Positions 62,251 through 64,000 of a stretch of 64,000 nucleotides of DNA are shown in pieces; within the stretch, counting starts at the first letter, position 1; every line of letters begins with the position of its first letter. The notes under the pieces are model-generated. The model was not told where the DNA came from, did not search any database, and worked only from the letters and a program-made list of their open reading frames with translations. This DNA is from Perkinsus olseni. Its lineage: Eukaryota. Location: assembly GCA_013115125.1 (NCBI GenBank), contig JABANN010000102.1:1-64000 (forward strand). The letters run 5' to 3'. The translations under genes and the position numbers were made by a program.

Positions 62251-64000
62251 TTATGGATAAGACTTTGTGCGGATGTTTGAAAAAGTTTTACGCAAGTCAG
62301 TTCGGCAGACCTGATCGGGGAATCTTATTTTCTGTGCATCGCTCGGTTCAACCTTAGATACGTTGGTTGGTTCCAGTGCCTCGTCTGATGTTCCCATACA
62401 GCGGCCTTCTGAAGATTCTATCATGGAAGCTCCCGAGGGCGGGGGGGTTGAAAATATCAAATTCGGAGAATCGATCGATACTGAGTTGAAGACAGCTTCC
62501 CTAGCCCCGATGGTAGTGATGGGGATCTCCATGCTTATCGACCTAGCGACTGGTTTGCGAGTGATCGTATTGATCTTGGAGGGCGCGTCACCGAAATTCG
62601 GGGTTTGGAAATTTTTGACGGATGAGTCAGGCAAAATTGTGGCTAGCTTTAGATGAAGAAGCGAAGAAATGATTTCATCGGATACAGTGGTCCAAATAAT
62701 CTTGGAGTATTTGCGAAAGGAGCGGTATCTCCGTAACAATCACGAATCAGAAGCTGTTTCTTGGATATATTGTGTGTAATAGCAATCCACTTAGTACTGT
62801 AGTTCCGATGCTTATCTTTGTTGCCTATGAAAGATCATGGTGAGGTGCTGTTATAGGATTCCGTGATGAATAGAGTAGGACTTTCCGAGGCAAAGGTGGC
62901 GTGGTAGGCTATTGATCAGAGAATTTTTTTTGTGAGTATGAATCTTCAATAACGATCGGGCTCGCAGAAATTTCTTTTTTTCGACAAAATACCGAAGATC
63001 CGCTCCGCTTCGTTTGATGGATCGATAGAAATTCTCCAAAAACGAGTCCACTACTGGTTTGACGCTGATTGAGATCGGGCCTCAGGTGCGATCGATGTGG
63101 TTCAACGTACCCGGCGGAATGGCAGTTAGGAATTCGTTATACAGAGGGTCGTCGAGGGAGGCAGCAGCGCTGGCTGAGGGGGATGCAACGAGGGCGATGG
63201 TAGTAAAAAGGGAAGAATAGATCCAGGGATTTTACCTCAGTTGAAGACGGAAGCTTCTCACCAATTTCACGCGCGTCAGCGTACTTCTAGTTGAGCATAG
63301 TCGCTTCAGCTTCCGGGGGGAAATTTTGTAAAATTTTCAGAATTTTTTCCATTGTTGTTTCAACTCATTTTTCGGGTTTTCGTATTGCACTAGTTTGTCA
63401 GGTGGGGCCGTTCGGGTTGGCAATGGAAGCTGTGCGAAAAACGCTAGGATACTCGGCACCAATAGATATGTCGCCTAAGTAGGTTATTCCGTGTATCACC
63501 AGCATGAAAGATTCTCTACAAGATACTCTTGTAACCTGGTTATTGAACCCTACCATAAGGGTCAAACTGCAGCATATAATTGGACTAACGTGCTCATCCC
63601 GAGATCAGTTGCCTACCGGTGGCCGTTGGATCTTTATGTCGATCCGGTAGTAAGGGAAAAGGAAGAAGAGATTTTCTGGTATATTCATAGTACTGGAGTT
63701 TCGCTCGTCATGTTCTCAAAGTGAAAAACGCGACGTGATTTGAAGTCACTTCGCGAATTACATGCGGAAATGCGAAAAAAACAGTTTTTCGGGAAAAATG
63801 AGGAAAAAAATCGAGTTTTCCAGGAAAACACTCATATCGCACGACCCGGTGATAGGAATACTTGGTAAACGGTGAAGAACTTTTCCGTACCGTCCGGGGC
63901 GTGTGATTGGAGCTACCCTCGTGGAGGGGGGCAGCGGGGTGCCGCGTCTCGGGGCTCACCGGTAACAACCCAGTATCAGTGGGATAATTGGCGTCGGTCA
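62251..64000 (-). CDS. 3' portion of a multi-exon hypothetical gene running off the window edge
   Basis: Last open frame 62251..62739. Alternating AT-rich intron-like and exon-like segments upstream. No domain recognised. Confidence 0.35.

Overview
Eukaryotic protist genomic DNA. Short (~40-60 nt) GT-AG introns, dense genes and flagellar genes suggest an alveolate, most plausibly Perkinsus (inference only). The left ~36 kb is accessory and decayed: frameshifted Ty3/Gypsy-like, Copia-like and LINE-like remnants, a ~2.4-kb higher-order satellite, a palindromic 31-bp minisatellite, and a PH-domain gene split by integrase fragments. The right ~26 kb is gene-dense: two tandem intronless Spinster-type MFS transporters, PEX16, a D-glutamate-cyclase-like (DUF4392) gene, a signal-peptide protein with a triplicated domain and NLS-like motifs, IQCA1/DRC11, a bromodomain+ET protein, and DRC1. 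The most unusual signals are: (i) a ~14-19-nt motif (AATTTCGYGGCGCG[TGAC]) recurring in either orientation, mostly in short introns of unrelated genes; (ii) tRNA-like relics, two of them antisense in nearby DRC1 introns; (iii) one Spinster paralog lacking the conserved TM1 Arg and TM4 Glu; (iv) the effector-like repeat protein. All calls were made by eye without database searches, and multi-exon and TE boundaries are approximate.
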